From Octopus bimaculoides (lineage: Eukaryota), in contig NC_068990.1 of assembly GCF_001194135.2 (NCBI RefSeq), positions 66,761,956-66,825,955 of the forward strand: DNA of 64,000 nucleotides, in the 5' to 3' direction. Each line of letters opens with the position of its first letter. Position 1 is the stretch's first letter. This document shows, piece by piece, positions 26,523-38,858 of the stretch. The position numbers and the translations under genes are program-made. Under the pieces are notes generated by a model, which was not told the origin of the DNA, ran no database searches, and worked only from the letters and a program-made list of their open reading frames with translations.

Positions 26523-26849
26523 GTAAGCTATGCGAATGTAAGCTCATATCGTAAAAGAATGTTGAAACCGCGAATAGCTCAGGAACTGGACCTAATCTTC
26601 GTGGCCATATCCCTTGCCATGAGAACTGTGGCTATTATCAATCGTCTGTGTGAAGAAATTGAGTTATGAAGCAAGAGTTCAAAGTGTATTAAAATAGCAG
26701 TTTACTAGTAAACACTTTGCATGTAAATCATGTTGACTGTGTCAAAAATAATGTTCTATTCCAAAAGACGTCAGGAGTAAAGAAAGTGTTCTGGCTGCTG
26801 GCTATGTTGCTTCAGGAAAGATTTCCAGGACTCAAAAAACTCGTGGCGG

Positions 26850-27608
26850 GGGTGTGGACACTCATGTATGGATGAAGAGCTCAGGATTGAAGGCTGAAAC
26901 CGAAGGTTTTATCATAGCAGCACAAGATCAAAGTTTGGCAACCAGGGCTTACCACTACAAAATAATGAACGGTGGCACTGGATGAAACAGTTGACCACAT
27001 CTTAACTGGATGCACAGCGCTTGCAAAAACCGAATATATTCATAGACACAATAGAGTAGCGCAATATATCCATTGGAAGATATGTAAACACTACCAACTT
27101 CCAACTTCAGAAAGATGGTACCAGCATAAACCTGAAACTGTCACCAGAAAAGATGATTTAACAGAACTCTGGGACATGCCAATCAATACTGATAAAGAAA
27201 TCAAGGCAAACACGCCGGACATAATCATCAAAGATGGGAAGAATAAGAAATGCTTAATAATAGATGTGACAGTACCATCAGTGAGAAATGTGTTCATTAA
27301 AGAAGTTGAGAAGTTATTTAAGTACAAAGACCTAGAAATAGAAGTGACTAAGACGTGGGGAATGAAAAGCAGCACAGCACCAGTGGTGATTGGAGAGTTA
27401 ATGCTAATTAAAAAGAGTCTTGATAAGCAGCTCAACAATCTCCCTTGTAGTGTTACCGTGGGAGAACTTTAAAAAATAGTGTTGCTAGGTTCCGCACACA
27501 TTTTACGCCGTGTACTCTCCATCAGATGAGGACCTGCTGTGACCCTAGGGACAAGAGACGACCTCGGTTCTGCAGAAGATAACGGATCATATTTTATTTT
27601 AAAATGGT
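26850..27608 (+). mobile_element. 5'-truncated R4/Dong-type non-LTR retrotransposon 3' end (CCHC remnant plus restriction-like endonuclease)
   Basis: WMKSSGLKAETEGFIIAAQDQSLATR, DETVDHILTGCTALAKTEYIHRHNRVAQYIHW, NTPDIIIKD..CLIIDVTVP..KEVEKLFKYKDLEIE (PD-(D/E)xK), EL*KIVLLGSAHILRRVL. A short 3' UTR then runs into (TAA)n at 27609. Confidence 0.9.
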
Positions 27609-29074
27609 AATAATAATAATAATAATTATAATTATAATTATAATTATAATAATGGTTTCAAATTTTGGCAAAAGGCCAGCAATTTTAAGGTGGTACTAGT
27701 CGATTCCATTGCCCCAGTATTTGGCTGGCACTTATTTTATCGCCCCTTAAATGATGAAAGGCAAAGTTGACCTCGTCAGTAATAATATTTATAACTATAA
27801 TTTCAGATTTAGACACAAGTTCAAAAAGTTGTGAGGCGAAGATGTGAGCAGTCAATGCTATATACTACAGCAGTTAAATGATACTTTATGTTATTAACCC
27901 CAAAAGATATGAAAAGCAAAGATTGCTGCGATGAGATTTGAACTCAGAACGTAGGAACCCGAAACTAATCCACAAATTGCCTTTGTTATTTTCTTTCTGA
28001 CTCTAACAAGTCTATCAATCTACCGACAATCAGACTGTAGTTTCAACCGAATATACAGTTTAGGTTTCTTTAGAATTCTAGTCAGATTTTTAAACACATT
28101 CTTATTCAATTTTCGATAATGTGTGTAATAAATATGACTGCTTGAAAGGTGAGCTAGTTACATTGATGTGTAGTGGTGACCATTTGAGTTGAAATGTAAT
28201 AAATTGGTTTGGGGTTCGATAGTGAACCAGCAGATATGTTTCACTCGTTTATTCCTTACTTTCAACCTTCCTACATTCTTTTTCTCCATTTTTGTCCTCT
28301 TATTCACTCTCTTTATTTAACGTTTTCTCTTTTGAGTTTCAACAAAATTTCTTTTGTAATACGTTTTCTCACTTCGTTATTCTCAATGTTTTGGTCTCTC
28401 CTTCACTTTCTCTCTCTCTTTCTTTCACCTTCTCCTCTTCTCCATCATCCACTTTCTTTCTCTCTCTCTTGTTCTCTCTGCTTCAACGTATCTCCTCTTT
28501 CCTTCTACTTCACTTTGACATCCTCTCTGTCTTTCCACAGTGGATAACCACTCGCACACACATAAACACTCACACATACTCTCTCATACTCTCATATACT
28601 CACATACTCTCTCATATACTCACACAGCATACAACAGAATCCCACGCTTATACATTTAAAAGTACAAATGAAATAAAGAAATACAAGCATAAATGCATGC
28701 ACAAACACTCACACAAACACACATAACACAATATTCCGGTGTTAGAGACACTACTTAAAATACATGTAAAATAAAGAAAATAATAAATCGCCGTTTGCAC
28801 TAATGTATTGTAAAATGTATTAAACTAAGTGGTCTGTTTAAGTCATAATCTCATATAAAGTAATGGAAACTAATTGAGGAAACCCGTGTCCATTATACAG
28901 GAACAAACTATATTTAATATCGACCTATATTAGAAGACATTGTATTTTTTTTAAAGTTTAGTCTTCAGAGAAAGTCGTACCCATAATCCTTTACAGGGCT
29001 TTCAGCCGGGTGAGAAACGGAGAGGAAAGTATTCCCTAGCCAGAAAACTGGCCTTAATAGAAGCACTTAACATA

Positions 29075-29770
29075 TCAGATCGTGATATGAAATGAGACGT
29101 CGTCCGTCTTTACGTTCTGAGTTCAAATGCCGGCGGCTTTGACTTTCATCACTTTCGGGGGAAATAAAACTCCACCGGGGTCGACTTTGCCTTTCATCCT
29201 TTCAAGGTCGATTAAATGAGTCCCAGTTGAGCACTGGGGTCGATGTAATCAACTTACCCACTTCCCCGAAATTGCTCGCCTTGTACCAAAATTTAAAACC
29301 GATATTAAACAAGAGACGAAGGTGGAGATCTGGCAGAATCATTAGCATGCCGGACGAAATGCATAGCGCTTTTTCGCCTGTCTTTACGTTCTGAGTTCTG
29401 AGGTCGACTTTGCCTTTCATCCTTTCGGGTTCGATAAATTAAGTACCAACTGCGCACTGGGGTCGATCTAATCGATTGGCCCCCTTCCCCAAAATGTCTA
29501 GTCTTGTGCCTAGAGTAGAAAAGAATCGTTAACACGCAGGGCAAAATGCGTAGTGGCATTTATTCCGGCTTTACGTTCTGAGTTCAAATGACACCGGGGT
29601 TGACTTCGTCTTCCATCCTTTTCAGGATCGATAAAATTCCACCGAAGTTAACTTTAGCTTTCATCCTTTCAGGGTCTACAAAATAAGTACCGGTTGAACA
29701 CTGAGGTGGATGTGATCAACTTACTCCCTCCCACGAAACTGCCAGCCTTGGGTCAAATTTGAAACTAATA
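29075..29770 (+). mobile_element. Head-to-tail cluster of SINE family 1 full and partial copies
   Basis: TTACGTTCTGAGTTC at about 29110, 29384 and 29571; (T/C)TTCATCCTTT-type block about five times. Confidence 0.85.
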
Positions 29771-30479
29771 TTAAACAAGAGACAGTTTCATATTATGGAT
29801 AACACTCCAGTATATGTATGCACGCGCGTGAGTGCATATGCGCGCACAGTTGTGTATGCAGGATATATATTCATTACTTATTATAGCCAATTTAATAAAC
29901 TGCGTATAAGTCTGGCACAAGTCCATGACTAATATGAGTAGAAAATGTAGTCACTTTAATCGATCCCAGTTCAAGATGGATGTTTGTTCCTTCGATTACA
30001 GCAATATCAAAAGTAAAGATGGCTTCGGTATATGCAGGCAACTAAATACTTTAAGATGTTTTATGATTCTGCCACCCACTGTTATTAGAGTCAATATAAC
30101 TCATAAAAATATCTTTAGAAACAAATGTTATTTGGAACTTAATATATGGATGTATGCGGGGGATATAGCAAGACGTTCAAAGATATTGCGTGGTATCTAA
30201 GAAATTAAAATATTGTGGGAGGTATACAACAAGATAAGGATATGTTTTGTTCTGGTTTTAGTTGGGGTTTTTTTTCCATTTTGAATGCATACTTCGGAGT
30301 CACTGTCACATTAACTACAGCTGGTCTACGTCTTTTAACTACATGATTGATAACATTTAAGAAGATATTAAATGAAAATGCAATCGATATTATAAATGAT
30401 ATTATAATGATAATAGTAATATTAATTTATTATTTTTGCTGTTTTTGTTGTTATCAATATTAATAATAGCAACAACACC

Positions 30480-30750
30480 AGTAGGAGTAAGATATCAAAT
30501 CATAGTATAATATCATTAGTCATAATTATATAAAATGTTATGACGATAGTGAGGAGAGTATTAATGATGACGATGATGTTGATGATGATGGTGAGGAGAA
30601 TAAGAGTGGTGGTAGCTGTGGTGGTGGCAGCGATGATGATGATGATAATGATAATGATGAAAATTGTTGTTGTCGTCATCATCACCATCATCATCATCGT
30701 CGTCGTCGTTGTTGTTGCTGTTGTTATTGTTATTATTATTATTATTTCTA
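30480..30750. repeat. Degenerate trinucleotide low-complexity region (GAT/GGT/CAT/CGT/GTT/ATT)
   Basis: Read directly. Confidence 0.9.
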
Positions 30751-30959
30751 CATATTCGCATTATGTTTTTTCATTATTTGCTTTGTTACTTTTTAAATCG
30801 TATTTTACCTCCCGTTGTATATTATGAACAAATATAATAAGTTGATAAGAATTTGTTTATAATCCAAGAAAGATTAGTGGTTTCTTCATAATTTTTTTGT
30901 TATACCTTCTATGAATATTTCACATTAATCAGTAATGTTTTGTGATTATACAAAACTTA

Positions 30960-31080
30960 GTCATATTTGAAATGACGGTCTGTCTGGTTAAACTGGAAGA
31001 GGCTTTGATAAAAAGAATTAAAGAACATCAACGACGACTCTGGACTCGTGTGTTCTGAATTTTAGATGAAACATTGTTTA
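30960..31080 (+). mobile_element. Possible PLE GIY-YIG fragment
   Basis: G*TGRGFDK / RIKEHQRR across a frameshift resembles YVGQTGR..RIKEH. Very short. Confidence 0.35.
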
Positions 31081-31239
31081 TTTACTTTTTTGTTTGGGTG
31101 GGTAGCAGTAAGATAACCAGACTTGTACTTCTCAAGCAAATGTCTGGTTTGTGATTTATCTGTATATTGTATGTTTACTTGCCTAATATGATGTGTCTGT
31201 ATATACTTGCTAAGCTATTGCAATGCTACGTATTCTACC

Positions 31240-32070
31240 AATGTGTCAAGGTATCGATATGCCAATGAGTCAATGTATCTATATATCTTATGTATCTATT
31301 TGTTGATGTGCCAATGTGTTGATGCGTTGCTGGGTCAGTGTTGATGTGTCAATGTGTTGATATGTCAGTTTGTCTATATGTCCATGTGCCGATGAGTCAA
31401 CGTGTCAACGTGAAAGTGTGTCAATATATCAATATGTCAATGTAATATGTTAGTTTGTCTGTGTATCTATGTGTTGACATGTTACTGTATCTGATTCAAT
31501 ATGAGAGTGTGCTGATGTGTCGATGTGCCAATGTGTCGATATGTCAATGAGTCAATGTGTCTATGTATCTGTGTATGAATTCGCCGTGTTAATGTTTTGA
31601 CGTGTCAGTGTGTCAGTGTGTCAATATGTCAAGTTGTCCATATGCCGATGAGTCAATGTGTCAAAATGTCAACGTGTCAATATATCGACATGTCAGTGCA
31701 TTGATCTGTCAATTCGTCTGTATCAATGTGTTGGCGTGTTACTATGTCTGTTTCAATGTGACACTCTGACGATGTGCTACTGTGTTGATGTGTTAATGTG
31801 TCGATTAGTCAATGTGTCAATGCATTTATATATCTATGTATCAATTTGTCGATGCATCAATGTGTTGATATGTTGGTGGGTCAATGTGTTGTCATGTCAA
31901 TGTATCGATATGTCAGTCTGTGTCTATGTACCGATAAGTCGATTGTCAACGTGGCAAAGTGTCAATATATCGATCTGTCAATTTGTCTATGTCAATGTGT
32001 TGACGTGTCACTGTGTTTCTGTGGCGGTGTGACGATGTGCCAAAATGTCGATTTGTTAATGTGCTAATAT
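31240..32070. repeat. Cryptic minisatellite built on an ~8-bp ATGTGTCA/TGTCAATG unit with higher-order repeats
   Basis: Many TGTCAA/TGTCGA/TGTTGA variants; the anchor GTC(C/T)AT(G/A)T(G/A)CCGAT(G/A)AGTC recurs at about 31380, 31636 and 31922. Confidence 0.8.
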
Positions 32071-32479
32071 TTCTATATGTCAAGGCATTTATATATTAAT
32101 CATTACTGTTTAGTCAGGAATCAGCGGTAACCGAGGACTCGGATCAAAACTTTTTAGCTATGACATCTTTTCAGGTATATATCTAGTACTACATCATAAA
32201 TTATATCTTTCTTTTTTAAAACACATTAGTATGTGTTGTGAAAGATATTTATCTGCTATTGGTTGGGTTATACCTCTGATCAAATATATCCCCACCAATA
32301 TTTCCGGCATGATCTTGCACCTTTGTGCATATATTAGCGTGTTTGTATTTCTGTGCTGTTATTTATGTGTCGATGAGCGCATCTTAGCGTCAGTGGACTC
32401 GTTTTAAAGGACTGATCTAATGTGTGTTTTTGTTAGTCTGTGCACGAGCATATTCTCACATATTCAGGTGTACGTCTAA

Positions 32480-32680
32480 TATTGTTACGGGAGAAATGCT
32501 TAGCAGTATTTCGTCCGTCTTTATGTTCTGAGTTCAAATTCCGCCGAGGTTGACTTTGCTTTTAATCCTTTCGAGATTGATAAAATAAGTATCAGTTGAG
32601 CACTGGAGTCGATGTAATCGATTTACACCCTCCCACCAAATTTCAGGCCTTGTACTTATAACAGAAAAGATTATTGTTGT
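32480..32680 (+). mobile_element. SINE family 1 copy
   Basis: AAATGCTTAGCAGTATTTCGTCCGTCTTTATGTTCTGAGTTCAAATTCCGCCGAGGTTGACTTTGC...GTCGATGTAATCGA...AAATTTCAGGCCTTGT with a (TTG/TTA) tail. Confidence 0.85.
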
Positions 32681-34282
32681 TGTTTTTGTTGTTTTTGTTG
32701 TTATTATTATTAATATTCATTACTATTTCTTACTAAACATGACATGAGGTGATAAAACAAGGATCCTCGCAGATGGACTACAATAGCTCAGTATAAAACC
32801 AGTGAAGAAGAGCATGCTATATTTGATAAAATTCGAAGATTTACATACAGACAATCATAGTCAGCTAATAGGGTACAAAGATGATTTTATTGTCAAACCG
32901 GAAACCTAGAATCGAATGCTTGCGACATGGTAATTCTGCTAAAGATACCCAAGGTACTACGTGATGTATTAAACTTGGTAATGGATTCGGCCTACGTCCA
33001 AAGTAGGTAACAACGGGATATAAATAAAGAACCGGAATAAATACAACCAGGCATCCAGTCCGATGTCCTCAGAATCCTGCTAACCCAATCTCCTAGATTT
33101 GCACATTTTATCAAGTGCGAAACGATGAAACGCGAACTTGACTTCGTCAGCGTTTGAAATCAGAGCGACGAGGGTAAGGAGTCGTGTTGCATGTGGATAT
33201 TAATTTGCGTGTTAGTACATAACATACAAACACACACACATACACGCACGCATGCAAACACAAACACTCTCACACACACATATATAGATATATGTGTATG
33301 CATATATATATATATATATANNNNNNNNNNCCATATATATATATATGTACATACATACATCGATATACATACACACCCACATATATACACATGAATATAT
33401 GCATATATATATATATATATGTGAGAAAGTTGGTATGTGAAAGCACGTGGTTGGATGTATAAAAGATAATAAGAGTGAAAAAACTACAGAAGGCTTGTTA
33501 CATGGTTAAAGTATATATTTAAATTATGTCAGAAAAATGTAAGAAAAATGTTAGAAAAATGTTATAAAATCTTTTTGGTATATAAACATTGTATTTTGAG
33601 AAATAACCGGTTTCGTGTTGTCTTTTCAAATTTCTCTACTTCATTGAATCGTGTTATATATATATATATACATACATACATACATACATACATACATACA
33701 TGCATATATATTTGCATACATATGATAATTAGGGTGCAAACGTCGGTCTGTAGGTGTTTCGTCTAATAAAAGCCCGAAAAATCGGTTATCTAAATTAATC
33801 ACTAATCGTTTCGTTTCCAGTATCCAACAGCGGATTTAGTTGACATAGACTAGAATCAAATTGCATTTCCTATTCTACGAGAAAGAAGAAAAATTCACTT
33901 AACGTTGTTCAGCAATGCATCATCATACTGGTATCTGGAGCGACCACGTCCGAGTAAGATTAGCGTTACCGTGTAAGTGAATGATTAGGTGCACATACAA
34001 TTGAAACCAAGGACCAGTTCATATCAGCAATTAGCCTTCTTCTTGGAGAAGAAAAAATGTAATCCAGTGGAAGAACTGTTTATGTGTTTGATATTGTGTT
34101 GTAATTGGGTGGCATCAGCAGCTTTTGTAATGAGATTGGCTGTATAATTGGAACGAAATTAAACGAAATAGCTTAGTTGTTTGTTATGCAGCAGTTATGG
34201 TAGCTGAAATGCAGTGTGCCGTAAATGGATGACATTCGTGTTATTTATTAATTTATGTATACATACAGGGATAGATACATGT

Positions 34283-34330
<48 letters not shown>

Positions 34331-34556
34331 ATACATACATACATACATACATACATACATGTATATATATATATATACATATATATATACTTACATATAT
34401 ACATATATATATATATATCATATGCGCGATCGACTGAACGCACATTGTATTAGGCTGGATTTAAAAGTATTTAATAACAATATAGCTCGGCTGCACGTTA
34501 TTTACTTAGGGCTACACACACACACACACATGTATGTGTATACGTTTATGTGTTGA

Positions 34557-34600
<44 letters not shown>

Positions 34601-34609
34601 GTATGTATA

Positions 34610-34643
<34 letters not shown>

Positions 34644-36459
34644 GGTGTACAAATCTACATCGGTTGTCAAGAGCTATCCAACAGACATACACACACATGT
34701 GAATACATATAATATACCTATGTCCGGATGGTTTCCACACACTTATCGTCAACAAAATTGACTCAAAAAGTATTTGTCAACCCGGTATTACAACAAAAAG
34801 AAACGTCTCCGAACTGCTACGCCGTTATACTGAACCCAAAACCATGCGTTTGGCCAGTGAACGTCATGACTATACAAGTTAAAATTATGTCATGAAGCTC
34901 ATTAGCGTATGGCTAGCAGAAACAACCGTAGATGCCTATACATGCATGATTCATGTTGATGTGTATAACTATATATGATTCAATTACATTGATTGAATAA
35001 CTTCATTTATGCGTTCGGGAATTTGGTTGACAGCCTAGGATTTGCGTTTTCATTTTCCTCTCCTATATATATATATATATATATATAAAAACAAAAGTAA
35101 ATGAGTATATGCATATATACGTACAGGTATGTGCATACCGACATCCACCTGTATGTATAGGTGCATATCTGGGTACAGGACATTGCAAACAAACGTAGAC
35201 GAGAACACACGAGCCACATAGAGAACATTCTACTTCATCAGCTACCCACGTTTTAACACCGGCGTTTCGACGAGCTTCGGGCAGGACGCAACGTTAAAAC
35301 GGCTCGTCCCATGGATCGCAGATTAAATCTGTATACGCAAATTAAATCTAGCCATGGAGGAATGTAGTGGCGGANNNNNNNNNNNNNNNNNNNNNNNNNN
35401 NNNNNNNNNNNNNNNNNNNNNNNNNNNNNNNNNNNNNNNNNNNNNNNNNNNNNNNNNNNNNNNNNNNNNNNNNNNNNNNNNNNNNNNNNNNNNNNNNNNN
35501 NNNNNNNNNNNNNNNNNNNNNNNNNNNNNNNNNNNNNNNNNNNNNNNNNNNNNNNNNNNNNNNNNNNNNNNNNNNNNNNNNNNNNNNNNNNNNNNNNNNN
35601 NNNNNNNNNNNNNNNNNNNNNNNNNNNNNNNNNNNNNNNNNNNNNNNNNNNNNNNNNNNNNNNNNNNNNNNNNNNNNNNNNNNNNNNNNNNNNNNNNNNN
35701 NNNNNNNNNNNNNNNNNNNNNNNNNNNNNNNNNNNNNNNNNNNNNNNNNNNNNNNNNNNNNNNNNNNNNNNNNNNNNNNNNNNNNNNNNNNNNNNNNNNN
35801 NNNNNNNNNNNNNNNNNNNNNNNNNNNNNNNNNNNNNNNNNNNNNNNNNNNNNNNNNNNNNNNNNNNNNNNNNNNNNNNNNNNNNNNNNNNNNNNNNNNN
35901 NNNNNNNNNNNNNNNNNNNNNNNNNNNNNNNNNNNNNNNNNNNNNNNNNNNNNNNNNNNNNNNNNNNNNNNNNNNNNNNNNNNNNNNNNNNNNNNNNNNN
36001 NNNNNNNNNNNNNNNNNNNNNNNNNNNNNNNNNNNNNNNNNNNNNNNNNNNNNNNNNNNNNNNNNNNNNNNNNNNNNNNNNNNNNNNNNNNNNNNNNNNN
36101 NNNNNNNNNNNNNNNNNNNNNNNNNNNNNNNNNNNNNNNNNNNNNNNNNNNNNNNNNNNNNNNNNNNNNNNNNNNNNNNNNNNNNNNNNNNNNNNNNNNN
36201 NNNNNNNNNNNNTATGTATGTATGTATGTATGTATGTATGTATGTATGTATATATAGTGATGGCTGATAGTCAACTTAATGTGGGAATCCCAGGAAAGGG
36301 ATGAATGCTACTGCTATTTAGCCCCAAGAAACACCGTTTCTAGTTGACTACGCGACACAAACGTTCTGTGTCTTTAAGTTTTCAAACAGAGGAGATAAGC
36401 ACCTCCACCCAACAAAGCCAGCTGTAAATTTTAATTCCTTTTTTTTTTTGCATTAAACC

Positions 36460-36493
<34 letters not shown>

Positions 36494-36814
36494 AGTGTAT
36501 ATGTTCATATGTATCTGTTATTATGTATTATGTTCCGTAAAAGTCGTTGTATATTTAAAAGAGATTTGTAGGATATAACCAATATTTTACTGATATATTT
36601 TTTAATAAATTACATTCAGTACTTCTTGCTTATTCAAATGAATTTACTGAAAACAGATGAATCTTCACGATTAATATTATTACAGATTAATGGTGGGATT
36701 TTGTCTATAATAAGATCAGTTTCTTACTTCCTTATTTACTTATCATTAATTCTAATTACCAATACAGTGATTTTATTAAATTATTTTTGTGTATTATTAT
36801 GCAACTGGAACAAG

Positions 36815-37045
36815 TCAGTGAGCTGGTTGAATCGTTATTGCGCCGGACAAAATGCTTAGTTTCATTTATTCCAGTTATTTAGGTTTTGAGTTCAAATTCC
36901 ACCTATGTTTTTCATACTTCCAGATTCAACATTGCTTTTCATCTCTCCGGGGTCGACAAAATATGTACCAGTTGGGGACAGGGCTCAATGCAATCGACTT
37001 CTCCTCCACTCGAAATTGCAAGCCTTGTGCCAAATTTAGGATGAA
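36815..37045 (+). mobile_element. SINE family 1 copy
   Basis: GTGAGCTGGTTGAATCG..CCGGACAAAATGCTTAG..TTTTGAGTTCAAATTCC..CCGGGGTCGAC..GTACCAGTT..AATCGACT. Confidence 0.75.
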
Positions 37046-37109
37046 GTATGAGAGGTAACTCGGGAAGTATACTGTTGCCACCATGGATATAACATCAGGA
37101 AATAGAATA

Positions 37110-37958
37110 TACAAGGTGCATTCCAGAAGGTTTGGGACTTTTTTCCGGAGAAGCAGTTATAACTGTCGTAGATTTTTGTAATTTTAATACATTATTATAC
37201 AGTTAATAAGCTGACCTACCAACATTTTTATTCCAGATTAAAAGAGGCAGCTGCTGTTACAGCACTTTGAACACGCCTTGCCAAACTCTGCTTGTCACAG
37301 GTGACTAGTTTGCAGAATGAAGTCAAACGTGAAGACAGATTAGAAGCTTGCTATTTAATAAAGTTTTCTGTTAAACTGGGAAAAGACGCTATGAAATGCT
37401 CCATACTGCGTATGGATTTTAACTTGTTCGAGATGAGCATCTGTTTTTTGCTCGCTCGAAAAAACAAGTACGCCGAGAAACTCATGGTGATCCCCTTTTT
37501 CGACAGCAATGCTACATCTACAACCACTAGATTCCCACTGGCCAAGTGGTCAACAAAGAGTACTTTGTGGAAGATTTGAGGGAGTTTATGAAGAGATTGC
37601 GTCGCAAAAGGCTACAATTCTTCCCCTCGATTGGTGGCACCAGCGCTAGGATAATGCAATATCATCTTCGAAACAAATTTCTTAACAGAGATTAGCATGG
37701 AAACGGTCCCTCACTCTCCCTGCAGTCGAGGCCTTGCTACCTGAGACGTTCAGTTATTCTCCAAGCTGAAGGTGAACGTCAAGCGCAGTCGTTTTAAAGG
37801 TATTGAGATGAAGGAGGCTGTGGCAAGATCCGGGACTCCTTCACTTTTGAGGACTTCCTTGGGATCTTCACAAAGTGGTGGTAGCGCTTTAACAAGTACA
37901 TTCTGAGTATCCTAATTTGAAGGCTATAAAAGTCTCAAAACATCTGGAATGCACTATA
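37110..37958 (+). mobile_element. Internally deleted mariner element with both TIRs
   Basis: Left TA+CAAGGTGCATTCCAGAAGGTTTGGGACTTT; right AAAGTCTCAAAACATCTGGAATGCAC+TA (reverse complement GTGCATTCCAGATGTTTTGAGACTTT). Inside: YLIKFSVKLGK joined almost directly to KLMVIPFFDSN, IPTGQVVNKEYFVEDL, RLRRKR, VPHSPCSRGLAT*DVQLFSKLK. Confidence 0.85.
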
Positions 37959-38339
37959 TATATGTGTGTGTGTAGGTGTGTCTATATATATGGTGCGTAT
38001 ACTAAATAATGAACTGAATAGTAATTTTCAAAAGGAAAATATTAATTTCATTAAAATAAAATTAAATGAAACATTATTCAAAAAGTAAGAAAACAAAACT
38101 GAAAATAAATTTTCTGTGTTGACATTATATTAGCGAAGTTTACAAAACGCACAGGCACCCTTCTTTCTTTCTCTCTCTATCTCTGTCTCTGTCTTTCTCA
38201 CTCTGTATATATATATATATNNNNNNNNNNNNNNNATATACATATATGGGAGAATGTACGAAAAAAACAACAACAGACGAGGACAGGTGGTGTAAACAAC
38301 AAAAGGATGTATTAGTTTGACGCTCGGGAATACAGAAAG

Positions 38340-38376
38340 TCTTTAACGTTTCGAGCTAGGCTCTTCAACAGAAAGA
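38340..38376 (-). ncRNA. Minimal type-I hammerhead-ribozyme-like motif (one core substitution)
   Basis: Minus strand TCTTT-CTGTTGA-A-GAGC-CTA-GCTC-GAAA-C-GTT-AAAGA gives a 5-bp stem I, 4-bp stem II, GAAA, palindromic ACGT stem III and a GUU site. The core is CUGUUGA rather than CUGANGA. Confidence 0.55.
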
Positions 38377-38427
38377 ATACGAAGAAAAGAAGGAGAAAAA
38401 CACGGAGAAAAAAAATTGAATGGTCTT

Positions 38428-38458
<31 letters not shown>

Positions 38459-38858
38459 CATTCACACACACACACATTCATATTGTCCCACTATTCCTCC
38501 CCACCTCATCCTCATCTTCTGTCTTTATGATTTTTCTCTCCCAATGATCTCTCTCTCCTGCATGTTTATATGATGCAAAGCGTGACTGTACAATCAACTC
38601 ACAACCAGAATTTATATCGTCCGCAGCATGCTTCATGCTCAGCTAAATAAGGTTTTCTTTCAAAATTATTTTGAAATAGTCGCCACATTTGTAATCTACG
38701 AGTTATATTTGTAATGGAAATATTGTCTTTTCGTGCACACTCACACACACACATGTAAATGTGCGCATATATATGTGTGTGTATGAGTCTATGTAGATGT
38801 ATGTATGCATATGTCTATGTGCATGTGAGGTAGTATTAAAAACTTATTGGGCTTGTTA

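Noticed and set aside
29075-29770. Regularly recurring motifs resembling a CRISPR-like array
   Set aside because: The units are SINE fragments of variable length, with no identical repeat-spacer structure and no cas genes, in eukaryotic DNA.
32700-33000. Possible third R4/Dong 3' remnant (..VILLKIPKVLRDVL..)
   Set aside because: Similarity is too faint to report as a feature.
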